From: Alphaproteobacteria bacterium
GTDB lineage: Bacteria; Pseudomonadota; Alphaproteobacteria; Rs-D84
Length of the DNA: 64,000 bases
Direction: 5' to 3'
NCBI GenBank assembly: GCA_031555055.1
Contig: JAVBUT010000004.1
Location: 13,741-77,740 of the forward strand
Part shown: positions 34,723 to 44,363 of the stretch, piece after piece
Position numbering within the stretch: position 1 is the stretch's first letter
Layout: every line of letters starts with the position of its first letter
The notes under the pieces: generated by a model
Seen by the model: only the letters and a program-made list of their open reading frames with translations
The model's database searches: none
Told to the model about the DNA's origin: nothing
Translations under genes and position numbers: made by a program

Positions 34723-35859
34723 TTATTTTATCTTGTTGTCCGTTATTTTGTATTTGGTGTTGGGGTGCTTGTCCAGCAGCAGCTTGTCCGGGCCCAGCCG
34801 TACCGTTTTGCCGTCGTGCATTGACAGTATCAATTCGGTTCCTTTTTCCATGGCGTCCTTGATATTCGGCCCCAGATCGCGACCGTCTGGCAAAAACACT
34901 TTGCATACTTTTTTATCGTTACCTGTTCCGGTTGTTTCATATCCAGCAATCGCGAATATTTTGTCATTGAAAAACATAACAGGTTCTTCGGTCAGCAGAA
35001 AATTGTGCGCAACCAATTTATTGTTTATGCGGATATTCGTATATTTATTGAAGCTGTGCGTATCGCGGATATGATCGGTTTCAATCCTTACCAGATTAAC
35101 CGGGTCGTTTGAGTTATCATAAAACAGTTTTGCATCCAGTTCTGGTAGCGGCTGTTCAGACTGATGTGCGGTTGGCTTTGGCGATTGCGGTAATTCTTGC
35201 GCCTGTTTTTTTGTAGAGTGTGATAATTTCTTGGGTGCGGCGGCGTACAGTCTTCGCCTGGGGGTCACAGGTTCGGAATCTGGCGCTTCCTTATCTTGTT
35301 CTGGTTTTGTTCCGGTCACGCGCGCCGCGGCGGAAACAAGAGAAGTATCATCAAGTTGCATCAATGGAATTTTATCAATACCGGCATCCGTTACAATAAA
35401 TGTAGAATCCAGAAATGTATACGAATAAAGTCTGGTCGCATATCTCAGTGCACCGTCCATGTCTGTTATTTTTATTGGTCGGCCCAGTTCAAAGAAAAAT
35501 TTTGTGGGCAGTCTGTCCGCGCCAAACGGACGCAGGAGTATCCGATCGCCTTTGCGATTGAAGTGCAGTTCATACGCGCCCAATCCGCCGGGTGTCATCG
35601 AATTCCCATTCTTGTAATCCACAGCGTAAAATGACACTCGTCCAGTTTTACTATGCTTGCGCAGGATTGCGAATTCGTCGCGCAAAGATATCATAACTAC
35701 GTCGTATTTGGCGACGCCGGCCCCGGTTCCGGCCACCCTGCTTAACAAACCTTTTTTATTGCGAAAATAAACGTAATAATTTTTGTCGATTTGCTTTGAC
35801 ACCAATGGCATGTCCAGGGTTTCGACAGGAAAGTCTTTGTTAATTTCTGATGTGGTCAT
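34723..35859 (-). CDS. Hypothetical protein (378 aa)
   Basis: Long ORF without a TM segment or any motif I recognise. Has a central Pro/Lys/Glu-rich linker. Confidence 0.55.
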   Translation of the reverse strand: MTTSEINKDFPVETLDMPLVSKQIDKNYYVYFRNKKGLLSRVAGTGAGVAKYDVVMISLRDEFAILRKHSKTGRVSFYAVDYKNGNSMTPGGLGAYELHFNRKGDRILLRPFGADRLPTKFFFELGRPIKITDMDGALRYATRLYSYTFLDSTFIVTDAGIDKIPLMQLDDTSLVSAAARVTGTKPEQDKEAPDSEPVTPRRRLYAAAPKKLSHSTKKQAQELPQSPKPTAHQSEQPLPELDAKLFYDNSNDPVNLVRIETDHIRDTHSFNKYTNIRINNKLVAHNFLLTEEPVMFFNDKIFAIAGYETTGTGNDKKVCKVFLPDGRDLGPNIKDAMEKGTELILSMHDGKTVRLGPDKLLLDKHPNTKYKITDNKIK

Positions 35860-35914
35860 AACAGCCTCCCTTGAGACTTTTTTATATTTCGCTCTCTGTG
35901 TAAGTTAAAGCTCT

Positions 35915-37720
35915 TTATTTTTTCTTTTTTTCTTTAAATTGAATATCGCGCAGCTTTTTATATTCACCGTCCAGTTTTACCAGTTCGGCGTCTGTGCCAC
36001 GTTCGACAATTTGCCCATCCTTGATCACACAGATCAGGTCGGCATCCAATATGGTTGATAATCTGTGCGCGATAACGAATGTCGTGCGGCCACGCATCAG
36101 GTCGCGCAATGCGGCCTGGATCAGCTTTTCACTGTTTGTGTCCAGCGCCGATGTTGCTTCATCCAATAACAATATAGGCGCGTCTTTCAATATCGCGCGC
36201 GCGATTGCGATGCGCTGTTTTTGGCCACCAGACAGCAATGATCCGCGTTCGCCGACATTGTTATTATATTTTTTTGGGAACTTTATGATAAACTCATGCG
36301 CGTTGGCAGCGCGTGCAGCGGCTTCGACTTGCTCTTTGGTTGCATTTGGCGCGCCGTATTTTATGTTGTCGGCGATCGTGCCATTGAACAGAAAAACATC
36401 CTGGGAAACTTCGGCGATATTCCGGCGCAATGAGGCCAGCGTATATTTCTTGATATTGGTACCATTTATATCAACATGCCCATGCTGGGGGTCATAAAAT
36501 CTTTCCAACAGGTTGAACATTGTGGTCTTGCCGCCGCCGGATGGCCCGACCAGCGCGCATACCGCGCCCGCAGGAACCGTCAGGTTGACATCGCGCAGGA
36601 CCGGTTCGTCCGGATTATACGCAAATATAATACTGTCGAATTCTATGGACATTTTGCCACGTTTAAGTTCTTTTGCGTTTGGCGCGTCAACGATGTCCGG
36701 CTTGCTGTCCAGGAAATCAAACAAGACTTCGGCCGCCAGCAATCCGTGCTGGACCGTATTCCCAGTGCCGGTGATGTTTTTTGCAGGCTTGTACGCCGCG
36801 GTCAGCGCCAACAAGAACGCCACAAAGTCACCCATGGAAATCGTGCCGTTGATAATAAATGTACCGCCAACGACCAGCGCCATCGCCAAGCCGATCGAAA
36901 TCATGATTTCCAGCAACGGCGACTGTAATGCGCCTGCCTGGGTGTTCTTATAAGAATTGCGTACAGAATCACCCAGAACGCGCCCGAATTTTTCCGTCTC
37001 GGACCCTTCGGTCGCAAATGCCTGGATGGTTTTTATTCCGTGCAGAGTTTGGTTTAAGTGCTGGGATACACTGTTGGCAATGCCAAAGGACTCGCGTGAC
37101 AGACGACGCTTTTTCCGCATGATCAGAACCATCGGAACCATTATCGCCGGCACCAGGAATAACAGAACCGCGCACATCTGGGGCGCATAATAAATCATAA
37201 TGCCCAACGTGATGATCAGTGTCGCGATATTCTGGACTACGTCAATAATCGTGTTGGTAACCAGGGACAGTACGGCGTTCGCCTGGACCGTGAAATAGTT
37301 CAAATTTTTGCCGATGCCGTCGCCATAGAACTTTGACACATTCATATGGACCATGTGTTCATAAATACGCTTTTGCAGGCCGGCGTGCGCGGACAGCCCC
37401 GCCTTGGCCATGGTCAAAGATTTTGCATAGCTGAAAATACCTTTGGCGCCGAACGCCGCGATAATCTGCAGCCCCAGCATGTACATGGAATGTATGTTCT
37501 TTTCGATGAATGTGCGATCGACAACCTTTTGTACGATTGTGATTGTGTATCCTTCGGCGCCCGCGGCGGCGATGGTGCACAAAACCCCCGCCAGCAGCCA
37601 TTTCCAATAAGGTTTGCCGATTTCGCGCCAAATACGGCCATACAGCGACCATTTGATACGCGCATTTTTTTCATCGCCCCGAAACAGGGATTTAATCTTT
37701 TTGGATATTTTCTTAAACAT
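35915..37720 (-). CDS. ABC transporter, fused permease/ATPase (MsbA-like lipid exporter)
   Basis: Six N-terminal TM helices. Walker A GPSGGGKTT, signature LSGGQKQRIAIARA, Walker B ILLLDEATSALD and the H-loop IAHRLST. Confidence 0.9.
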   Translation of the reverse strand: MFKKISKKIKSLFRGDEKNARIKWSLYGRIWREIGKPYWKWLLAGVLCTIAAAGAEGYTITIVQKVVDRTFIEKNIHSMYMLGLQIIAAFGAKGIFSYAKSLTMAKAGLSAHAGLQKRIYEHMVHMNVSKFYGDGIGKNLNYFTVQANAVLSLVTNTIIDVVQNIATLIITLGIMIYYAPQMCAVLLFLVPAIMVPMVLIMRKKRRLSRESFGIANSVSQHLNQTLHGIKTIQAFATEGSETEKFGRVLGDSVRNSYKNTQAGALQSPLLEIMISIGLAMALVVGGTFIINGTISMGDFVAFLLALTAAYKPAKNITGTGNTVQHGLLAAEVLFDFLDSKPDIVDAPNAKELKRGKMSIEFDSIIFAYNPDEPVLRDVNLTVPAGAVCALVGPSGGGKTTMFNLLERFYDPQHGHVDINGTNIKKYTLASLRRNIAEVSQDVFLFNGTIADNIKYGAPNATKEQVEAAARAANAHEFIIKFPKKYNNNVGERGSLLSGGQKQRIAIARAILKDAPILLLDEATSALDTNSEKLIQAALRDLMRGRTTFVIAHRLSTILDADLICVIKDGQIVERGTDAELVKLDGEYKKLRDIQFKEKKKK

Positions 37721-37735
37721 GGTGATTATTATAAG

Positions 37736-37770
37736 CAGTCAATAGTAATTAGTCAATAGTCGATAGTGGG
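37736..37770. repeat. Heptanucleotide tandem array (cagtcaa tagtaat tagtcaa tagtcga tagtggg)
   Basis: 7-nt periodicity, intergenic, directly upstream of the ABC transporter start. Confidence 0.7.
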
Positions 37771-37805
37771 TTAGTGCATAGTTGGTTAAAAAGCACAGAA
37801 CTAAT

Positions 37806-37980
37806 ACCCCCCCCTTGAGCTCAGTTCTAATTACTCCCCCCTTGAGGGGGAGTCGGCGCGCGAGTTTGCGTGCCGGTGGGGGGGGTATAGTTTCAAATTA
37901 TAATTATCCCCCCCCCACCGCATCGCTGCGATAACAGCAGCTCTGCGACTCCCCCTCAAGGGGGGAGTAATTAGACCCCA
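37806..37980. repeat. Inverted pair of G/C-rich palindromic units
   Basis: tctaattactccccccttgagggggagtcg (37826..) and cgactccccctcaaggggggagtaattaga (..37976) are reverse complements. Each half also carries a poly-C/G block, ccggtggggggggtata and tatcccccccccaccg. Same unit as in lgt and the RlmD-like gene. Confidence 0.85.
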
Positions 37981-38009
37981 GTTTTATAGTGGAACTAATC
38001 GTTTTTCAT

Positions 38010-38038
38010 TTGACATTTGTTACAAATATGTATAGAAT
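38010..38038 (+). promoter_or_regulatory. Sigma70-type promoter of tRNA-Ala
   Basis: TTGACA, 17-nt spacer, TAGAAT. The -10 element ends 11 nt before the tRNA. Confidence 0.7.
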
Positions 38039-38049
38039 TCGTTCACTTT

Positions 38050-38125
38050 GGGGATATAGCTCAGTTGGTAGAGCGCCTGCTTTGCAAGCAGGATGTCGCA
38101 GGTTCGAGTCCTGTTATCTCCACCA
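38050..38125 (+). tRNA. tRNA-Ala (anticodon UGC)
   Basis: Acceptor GGGGATA/TATCTCC includes the G3:U70 identity pair. Anticodon arm CCTGC-TTTGCAA-GCAGG, T loop TTCGAGT, encoded CCA. Confidence 0.95.
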
Positions 38126-38243
38126 CCAATTTTCGTTATCGGCGGTGCCGATTAAGAAAATTGAGTGCCCACCGAAGCCCGCAGGGCGAAGGTCGGGCGG
38201 ATCAATAAATACAAATACAAACGGTAAAGGGGGTGACAAACCC

Positions 38244-38450
38244 ATGGTAAAAGTTCTTGTACGTGATAACAACGTAGAACAGGCATTGCGCGTTGCAAAA
38301 CGTAAATCGCAAAAAGAAGGCCTGTACCGCGAAAGCAAGGAACGTCAGTATTTCGAAAAACCGACGACCCGCCGCAAGCGTCTGAAAGAAGAAGCCGTGC
38401 GTAATGAAAAAAAACGCCAATCTAAACAAAGAATGGTTTTTGGTTTCTAA
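38244..38450 (+). CDS. rpsU: 30S ribosomal protein S21
   Basis: MVKVLVRDNNVEQALRVAKRKSQKEGLYRESKERQYFEKPTTRRKR is canonical S21. The track ORF 37989..38450 runs through the tRNA and is an artefact upstream of 38244. Confidence 0.93.
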   Translation: MVKVLVRDNNVEQALRVAKRKSQKEGLYRESKERQYFEKPTTRRKRLKEEAVRNEKKRQSKQRMVFGF

Positions 38451-38452
38451 AT

Positions 38453-38480
38453 AAATAACCACCCAATTGGGTGGTTATTT
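38453..38480. terminator. Bidirectional terminator
   Basis: aaataACCACCCaattGGGTGGTtattt lies between convergent rpsU and the lipoprotein gene. Confidence 0.85.
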
Positions 38481-38877
38481 ATTTTTGGATTTCCAAATTC
38501 TTGGCTAATTCTATATATCTGGCCTCTATACTGTCGCGTTCAAAACGATACAGGAATTTAGAGTATTCGGCCGGATTTTTAACATTCAGCTTTCCAGCGA
38601 ACATCGGTTTATCTTTCAGGCTGGAATAATTATTGCTGAACCCAAATTTTTTATCCAACTGCTTGTTAGATGCCAAATAATCGCCACTGTACGCCATATA
38701 TGCGCCTATTCTGGCGTTCAATGTGGAATCGTTCAATGCATCAACGGCGGCCTTTTGCTTTGGTGTCAGACTGGTCCCGGGGGTATAGGTCAAATGGTTG
38801 GGCCCCATACAGCCGGCAAATAAAACCATGTTTGCTGCAATAGTTAAAAATACTGTCTTGATGTTGTTTTTGTTCAT
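38479..38877 (-). CDS. Lipoprotein, unknown function
   Basis: Signal peptide with lipobox ...NMVLFAGCMGP. 132 aa. Confidence 0.65.
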   Translation of the reverse strand: MNKNNIKTVFLTIAANMVLFAGCMGPNHLTYTPGTSLTPKQKAAVDALNDSTLNARIGAYMAYSGDYLASNKQLDKKFGFSNNYSSLKDKPMFAGKLNVKNPAEYSKFLYRFERDSIEARYIELAKNLEIQK

Positions 38878-38982
38878 TTTTTATCCTTGTTTAATTGAAA
38901 TATAGTCCAAAAAGATGATTTTGTCAAGTTTTTTTACCTTGTTATTTTTTTTCAAATGTTTTAAATTCTGGGCTATGAGTTT

Positions 38983-39037
38983 GTAGGGGCGCATATTTGC
39001 GCCCAAAATTACCTGGGCGCAAATATGCGCCTCCTAC
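38983..39037. repeat. REP-like hairpins, two copies in inverted orientation (GTAGGGGCGCATATTTGCGCCC family)
   Basis: gtaggggcgcatatttgcgccc ... gggcgcaaatatgcgcctcctac. Each copy is itself a 7-bp stem with a 4-nt loop. Other copies at 47974..47995, 48578..48599 and 57884..57901, with a related one at 45971..45997. Confidence 0.85.
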
Positions 39038-39063
39038 GGGTTTTCGAGGCAAGTTGGAAAATT

Positions 39064-41304
39064 ATGGCGAAAGAAGTTAAAGAAATTGTTGAGAATATTG
39101 ATAACCAGCAGCTGGCCGATGCGCTGTCGGAACGGTACCTGTCGTACGCAGTATCGACGATTGTCGCGCGTGCATTGCCGGATGTGCGCGACGGGCTAAA
39201 GCCTGTGCATCGCCGTATACTTTATTCCATGCTGCGCCAGAAATTATCCCCGACCGCCGCGTTCCGCAAATGCGCAACCGTGGTCGGCGACGTGCTGGGG
39301 CACTATCACCCCCACGGCGACAGCAGTGTTTACGACGCAATGGTTCGTCTGGCCCAGGATTTTTCCGTTCGATATCCGTTGGTTGACGGCCAGGGCAACT
39401 TTGGTAATATCGACGGCGACCCCCAGGCAGCGTATCGTTACACCGAATCCAAAATGACCGAGGCCGCCATGTTAATCATGGAAGGCCTGGACGAAGACAG
39501 CGTCGACATGATGCCGAATTTTGACGGCACTACGCTGGAACCGACTGTTATGCCAGGCGCATTTCCGAACCTGTTGGCGAATGGCGGCATGGGTATCGCC
39601 GTCGGTATGGCGACGAATATTCCAACGCACAATGTCGCGGAAATCTGTGACGCATTGAACATGGTTATTGACAGGCCGGACGCCACCACCGCCCAGATCA
39701 TGAAAAAGCTGGTCGGTCCGGATTTCCCGACCGGCGGCGTGCTGATTGATGACTTTGACACTATTGTAAAAAACTATGACACTGGTCGCGGCGCATTCCG
39801 CATCCGCGCAAAATGGGAAGTCGAAAAACTGGACCGCGGTGCAGAACAGGTCGTTATCACGGAAATCCCGTACGGCATTGTAAAGTCGCGCCTGGTCGAA
39901 CAAATCGCCAGCCTGATCGACGCCAAGAAATTGCCGCTGGTCGATGACATTGTCGACGAATCCACGACGGATGTTCGTATCGTCATTACGCCAAAGTCCC
40001 GCAATGTGCCGGCTGATAAAATGATGGCGCACTTGTTCGCGATGACGGATTTGGAATCGCGATTCAATATGAACTTTAACGTGATTGATTCTGCTGGGGT
40101 TCCGCGCGTGATGAAAATCGGTGAGGTTTTGGGCGAATTTATCGCGCACCAGAAAATCGTCTTGCGCCGCCGCACATCATGGCGTCTGGGCAATATCGCG
40201 CGCCGGTTGGAAATCTTGGGCGGTATGCTGATCGTGTATCTGAATCTGGATCGCGTGATCGAAATTATCAGAACCGAAGACGATGCCAAAGCAGTCTTGA
40301 TTGCGGAATTTAACCTGACTGAAATCCAAGTCGAAGCGATCCTGAACACGCGTCTGCGTCAATTGCGTAAACTGGAAGAAATGGAAATCCGTCGCGAAGA
40401 TAAAGAACTGCGGGCGGAACAAAAAAAGCTGCAAGAATTATTGGCCAGCGAATCCGCGCAATGCGATCAGTTAAAGGCTTGGTTCGCGGATATCAAAAAG
40501 ACATATGACAAGAAAACCACGTTGGGGCGTCGTCGCACCGTTTGGGATCATGCAGTGGAAGATATCGTCGTCGATGCGGATGAATTTATCGAAAAAGAAC
40601 CAATGACGATCATACTGTCCACAATGGGATGGATTCGTGCGGCCAAAGGCCACCTGGATTTGTCGGGCCTGGATGTGAAATTCAAAGAAGGCGACGAACT
40701 GCAATCCGCTTTCCACGCAATGAGTACGGACAAGATAAACCTGTTCGCGTCGGGCGGAAAAATGTTCACTTTGTCTGCGGTTGACCTGCCTTCGGCGCGC
40801 GGATTCGGTGAGTCTGTCCGCATGATGGCTGATATTGGCGCCGGCGAAACAATCATACGCGCGTTTGTTTTGAACCAGTCCGCAAAATATCTGTTGGTTG
40901 CAAAACATGGCACGGGCTTTATTGTGTCTGGCGAAAACTGTCTGGCCCAGACAAAATCCGGCAAACAGGTTATGAACGTCGATGAAAAAAATCCGGCGGT
41001 TTTATGTGTTGATGTGACTGGTGAAAATATCGCATTGTCCGGATCGAATGATAAACTGTTGATATTCCCGGCAAATGAAATTCCGGAAATGGCGCGCGGC
41101 AAGGGCGTGATACTGCAAAAATATAACGCCGATCGTACTTATGTGATTGACGCAATGTTCTTTGATGCGGCGGACGGATTCGGTTGGACGACGGGTCGCG
41201 GCACGACCAAGTTGGATGATTGGACCCCATGGATCGGCAAGCGTGCAACCCAGGGACGCACGATACCGGTCGGATTTCCCCGGAATGGACGGTTTGGAAA
41301 GTAA
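39064..41304 (+). CDS. parC: DNA topoisomerase IV subunit A (ParC; GyrA paralog)
   Basis: Start MAKEVKEIV (ATG 39064). [37 protein letters not shown] and the catalytic RYTE are present. About 746 aa with no GyrA-box (QRRGGKG) seen, which favours ParC over GyrA. Confidence 0.8.
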   Translation: MAKEVKEIVENIDNQQLADALSERYLSYAVSTIVARALPDVRDGLKPVHRRILYSMLRQKLSPTAAFRKCATVVGDVLGHYHPHGDSSVYDAMVRLAQDFSVRYPLVDGQGNFGNIDGDPQAAYRYTESKMTEAAMLIMEGLDEDSVDMMPNFDGTTLEPTVMPGAFPNLLANGGMGIAVGMATNIPTHNVAEICDALNMVIDRPDATTAQIMKKLVGPDFPTGGVLIDDFDTIVKNYDTGRGAFRIRAKWEVEKLDRGAEQVVITEIPYGIVKSRLVEQIASLIDAKKLPLVDDIVDESTTDVRIVITPKSRNVPADKMMAHLFAMTDLESRFNMNFNVIDSAGVPRVMKIGEVLGEFIAHQKIVLRRRTSWRLGNIARRLEILGGMLIVYLNLDRVIEIIRTEDDAKAVLIAEFNLTEIQVEAILNTRLRQLRKLEEMEIRREDKELRAEQKKLQELLASESAQCDQLKAWFADIKKTYDKKTTLGRRRTVWDHAVEDIVVDADEFIEKEPMTIILSTMGWIRAAKGHLDLSGLDVKFKEGDELQSAFHAMSTDKINLFASGGKMFTLSAVDLPSARGFGESVRMMADIGAGETIIRAFVLNQSAKYLLVAKHGTGFIVSGENCLAQTKSGKQVMNVDEKNPAVLCVDVTGENIALSGSNDKLLIFPANEIPEMARGKGVILQKYNADRTYVIDAMFFDAADGFGWTTGRGTTKLDDWTPWIGKRATQGRTIPVGFPRNGRFGK

Positions 41305-41405
41305 AATTCTATGGACGCTTGTCGTGTTCACATCCCCTCGTGTACGTCTGTGTACACGTCGGGTCTGATGAACACTTCCAATCGTCACATATAATTTTAT
41401 TTTAA
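41302..41405 (+). repeat. Palindromic stop-codon-abutting element, divergent copy C, plus the start of a truncated fourth copy (41405..41430)
   Basis: Begins at the parC TAA (taaaattct...). The central cgtgtacgtctgtgtacacg matches the core of copy B, catgtacgtcttgtacac. The outer stem gtgttca.../...tgaacac is different but still self-complementary. It is followed by aaaatattaaatataacgttgcgcc, which repeats the 5' end of copies A and B. Confidence 0.65.
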
Positions 41406-41483
41406 AAATATTAAATATAACGTTGCGCCGGTTTCGCATAAACTGATTTTAAAATAAATAACCCGCCGGTTGGCGGATTTTGT

Positions 41484-42071
41484 TTATCTTGTTTTATAAT
41501 ACGCGTTATTATATTTTCGCATGGAAATATATATTTGGGTGGCAATCTGATTATTGCTGTAATTTAATTCTTTCGTTTGCCCATTGAAATATAACGTGAT
41601 TGATGCGTCGCACCAATTTCGATCGTATTCGCCGCCATCGTTTTCCACCGCGGTTATTCGTATCCCCCGAACCGCGGTCGCAAAAGAATTCAACGGCGCA
41701 TTATAAACACATGATGCGTTAAATACCCGTTTTCGTGAACTGCGTTCAATCATTACGTCATATGTCAATGTTTTGCCGAATCTTATACATTCGGGTTTGA
41801 TTTTATATTGGTTTAAATATTTTTCGGTAAATGCGATTGGGCATTGTTCGGCAAGTTTGCCGATAACGGCAAAATCAAAAAAAGTTGATATTTCGATTTT
41901 CAAGTGGCTTTTCTCTTTCCAGAAGCCATCTTGAATTTCATTTATTCTTTGATTGCACAGTTTCTGCATTTCTGTATTATTTTCACCCATTTTCTGATTC
42001 AGATTTTGGATTCGGTTGGCAAGTAACTTGTTCGCATCAAATAATTCCGCGTATGTTTTCTTTTTTCGCAT
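41484..42071 (-). CDS. Hypothetical protein (195 aa), AT-richer than neighbours
   Basis: ORF with an N-terminal coiled-coil-like segment. I recognise no family. A terminator lies downstream at about 41455..41483. Confidence 0.5.
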   Translation of the reverse strand: MRKKKTYAELFDANKLLANRIQNLNQKMGENNTEMQKLCNQRINEIQDGFWKEKSHLKIEISTFFDFAVIGKLAEQCPIAFTEKYLNQYKIKPECIRFGKTLTYDVMIERSSRKRVFNASCVYNAPLNSFATAVRGIRITAVENDGGEYDRNWCDASITLYFNGQTKELNYSNNQIATQIYISMRKYNNAYYKTR

Positions 42072-42129
42072 TTTGACTCCATTTGCTTTTGGTTAATAAA
42101 AAAACCGCCGGATGGCGGTTGATTAATCT

Positions 42130-42309
42130 TTAGTGAGGCATTTTAGCTTCGGTCATAACGACATGCTTGCGCAGTTTCGGGTCGTACTTGCGGAACTTCA
42201 TCTTGCCCTGGGTGTTTTCAGATTTGGTGTTTTTAGCAGTTGTGTAAAAATAGCCGGTTTCTTTGTTTTCCAGCTTTACAATTTCTTTGCTACCTTTTTT
42301 TGATGCCAT
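42130..42309 (-). CDS. rpmG: 50S ribosomal protein L33
   Basis: Not in the track (59 aa). Translation MASKKGSKEIVKLENKETGYFYTTAKNTKSENTQGKMKFRKYDPKLRKHVVMTEAKMPH matches the L33 pattern (...G.FYTT.KN.......K...RKYDP..RKHV.f.E.K). The terminator aaaaaaaccgccggatggcggtt lies downstream. Confidence 0.9.
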   Translation of the reverse strand: MASKKGSKEIVKLENKETGYFYTTAKNTKSENTQGKMKFRKYDPKLRKHVVMTEAKMPH

Positions 42310-42548
42310 TTTAATCTCGTTTTGTTACTTGCTGGGCTATCTTATGACAAATTTTACTGGAAATCAAGTAATTTTTATAATAACATTCAAATCCTGGGCA
42401 TATGGCGAATCCGAGTATATGAGAACGAGCTGTTATCGCGAAGTTCAAATAACTAGGAGGATACGCGAGCAAAGCGAGCGAAATTTGTAGACGCGCGTCG
42501 GTTTCCAACGAACAATTTGTTTTGTTGGAAATAAATATCTACATCATT

Positions 42549-42633
42549 GGGCATATGGCGGAATTGGTAGACGCACTGGATTTAGGTTCCAGCGGAGAAA
42601 TCCATTAGAGTTCGAGTCTCTATATGCCCACCA
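42549..42633 (+). tRNA. tRNA-Leu (anticodon UAG)
   Basis: Acceptor GGGCATA/TATGCCC, anticodon arm CTGGA-TTTAGGT-TCCAG, long variable arm, T arm TAGAG-TTCGAGT-CTCTA, encoded CCA. Confidence 0.93.
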
Positions 42634-42651
42634 AATTCTTAGGTTCATATT

Positions 42652-42933
42652 ATGAATAGTAAAAGTTCTCATAAAAATTATTGTGAAAATTATGCCGGAA
42701 CACTGCGTGATTTGGCTGTTGATATAGGGGCTATGACACATGGTGCCAGGGCGGAATTTTTTGATGCTTTGGCTGATTATGTAGAGCATCAGCATGATTC
42801 GGATTTGGCATCTGGACGCTTCAAGTATGCAAAAAAATTAAAAGAAGTTTCAAATCTTTTAAAACAGATAAAAAAATTAGAATATGACGCATGGGACATT
42901 TGCAAATCAAAAACAAATATTGTTTCCAAATAG
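42652..42933 (+). CDS. Hypothetical protein (93 aa)
   Basis: ORF starting 19 nt after tRNA-Leu and ending before a strong terminator. The SD is weak. No family recognised. Confidence 0.45.
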   Translation: MNSKSSHKNYCENYAGTLRDLAVDIGAMTHGARAEFFDALADYVEHQHDSDLASGRFKYAKKLKEVSNLLKQIKKLEYDAWDICKSKTNIVSK

Positions 42934-42938
42934 AATCT

Positions 42939-42971
42939 AAAAAATAAACCGCCGTTTGGCGGTTTATTTTA
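42939..42971. terminator. Bidirectional terminator
   Basis: aaaaaataAACCGCCgtttGGCGGTTtatttta. Confidence 0.85.
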
Positions 42972-43508
42972 TTTCTTTGCGTTGCTGCGCATTTTGATAA
43001 TTGTATCAGGGTCTTTGACCGTGCCGCTGCCTGGGGCGCCACGCTTGATCTTGTCAACGAATTCCATGCCGGATGTAACTTCGCCCCAAACGGTATATTG
43101 ACCGTCCAGAAAACGTGAATCCCGGAAGCATATAAAGAACTGGCTGTCGGCGCTGTCGGGATCCGCCGCGCGCGCCATCGATACCGTGCCGCGCATGTGC
43201 GGCGCCTTGGAAAATTCCGCTTTTAGGTTTTTGCCGGAACCGCCCATTCCTGTGCCTGTCGGATCGCCGGTTTGGGCCATGAATCCTTCGATAACGCGGT
43301 GGAATTTAATGCCGTCATAGAAACCGGAATCGGCCAGTTCTACAATCCGGGCGACATGTTTCGGCGCCAAATCCGGGCGCAGTTTGATTGTTACCGTTCC
43401 GTCTTTCAGTTCCAGGTTTAGCATTGTGGCCTCCGTCTTGGCTGCATAAGAATTAACAGATATAAAGATTGTTGCGATTAAAACCAATAGGTTTCTAAAC
43501 AGTTTCAT
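42969..43508 (-). CDS. Periplasmic peptidyl-prolyl cis-trans isomerase, cyclophilin type
   Basis: Signal peptide MKLFRNLLVLIATIFISVNSYA. FHRVIEGFMAQTGDPTGTGMGG and SQFFICF are cyclophilin motifs. Confidence 0.92.
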   Translation of the reverse strand: MKLFRNLLVLIATIFISVNSYAAKTEATMLNLELKDGTVTIKLRPDLAPKHVARIVELADSGFYDGIKFHRVIEGFMAQTGDPTGTGMGGSGKNLKAEFSKAPHMRGTVSMARAADPDSADSQFFICFRDSRFLDGQYTVWGEVTSGMEFVDKIKRGAPGSGTVKDPDTIIKMRSNAKK

Positions 43509-43531
43509 TTTTCCCCCCGTTTTATGAAAAA

Positions 43532-43651
43532 TTAATAAACCGGATAATTACGCGGAAATTCCGGGTTTCGTTCCAGATTTGACTTTACGCCACAGCCGAC
43601 CAGTGTTCCGATCGCCGCGATGCACAGTAAAACAAGAAATATTTTTTTCAT
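43532..43651 (-). CDS. Small lipoprotein (39 aa), LptM/YifL-like
   Basis: Not in the track. MKKIFLVLLCIAAIGTLVGCGVKSNLERNPEFPRNYPVY has the lipobox LVGC followed by G.K, as in the small LptM/YifL-type lipoproteins. Confidence 0.55.
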   Translation of the reverse strand: MKKIFLVLLCIAAIGTLVGCGVKSNLERNPEFPRNYPVY

Positions 43652-43748
43652 GGTGGGATTATATATCGTCCCGACGGATGTGTCAAACTCTAATCACGCG
43701 CCAGTTTGGCGGACATTTGAATCAATCATAAAATTATAATGCCGACAC

Positions 43749-43777
43749 TTGACAAGTGCCGATCTGCAAGATATAAT
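43749..43777 (+). promoter_or_regulatory. Consensus sigma70 promoter of tRNA-Glu
   Basis: TTGACA, 17-nt spacer, TATAAT (a perfect consensus), 22 nt upstream of the tRNA. Confidence 0.8.
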
Positions 43778-43799
43778 TTGCCAGCGTTTGAGCAGTTAT

Positions 43800-43875
43800 G
43801 GCCCCATCGTCTAGAGGCCCAGGACACCGCCCTTTCAAGGCGAGAACACCGGTTCGAATCCGGTTGGGGCTGCCA
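43800..43875 (+). tRNA. tRNA-Glu (anticodon UUC)
   Basis: Acceptor GGCCCCA/TGGGGCT, anticodon loop CTTTCAA, T loop TTCGAAT, encoded CCA. A terminator hairpin aaaccgggtttatcccggtttt follows. Confidence 0.92.
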
Positions 43876-44069
43876 AAAATTCAAACCGGGTTTATCCCGG
43901 TTTTAATTTTTGAAATACCCAGATTGAGCATGAGAACCGACCGGTTCGACAAGGAGTCCAAGAGCGCAACGCGCGATTGGGAGTTCGCGTACGCGAACGA
44001 TACAACTGCCGCGATGCCCCCAAAGGGCGAGCGAATCCGGCTTTGCCCACCGAAGCTTTGGCGAAGGTG

Positions 44070-44084
44070 GGTTGGGGCTGCCAA
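44070..44084 (+). repeat. Orphan copy of the tRNA-Glu 3' end
   Basis: ggttggggctgccaa is identical to 43862..43876 and is followed by its own hairpin plus T-run (atgcccgcaattcgtgggtattttt). Confidence 0.7.
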
Positions 44085-44363
44085 GCATTAAATGCCCGCA
44101 ATTCGTGGGTATTTTTATTGTAATTTCAATAAGTTATTATGGTTATAAAAGTTTATTTTTATATATGCATTTTTAGACCAAAAACCATGATTATAACACT
44201 ACTTTACAATCATTAATGAATTGATTGTTCTATATTTTATATAGGGTTCTAAAAAACGGTCCGGGGTATCGTTATTGCCTCTCGATTTATCCTTATTTAT
44301 GTTTTTTTATTTAAAGCCCCTAAACATTGACAACGTATTAATCTGTGTTAAAATAACTCCAAA

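Noticed and set aside
43798-44091. Track ORFs overlapping tRNAs or repeat scars: 43798..44091, 47779..48051, 31242..31481, 31472..31681, 31530..31748, and the part of 37989..38450 upstream of 38244.
   Set aside because: They read through tRNA genes or palindromic repeats. The pseudo-peptides, such as VIPANAGIQ and GAHICALG, are by-products of the repeats. Only the rpsU portion (38244..38450) is real.
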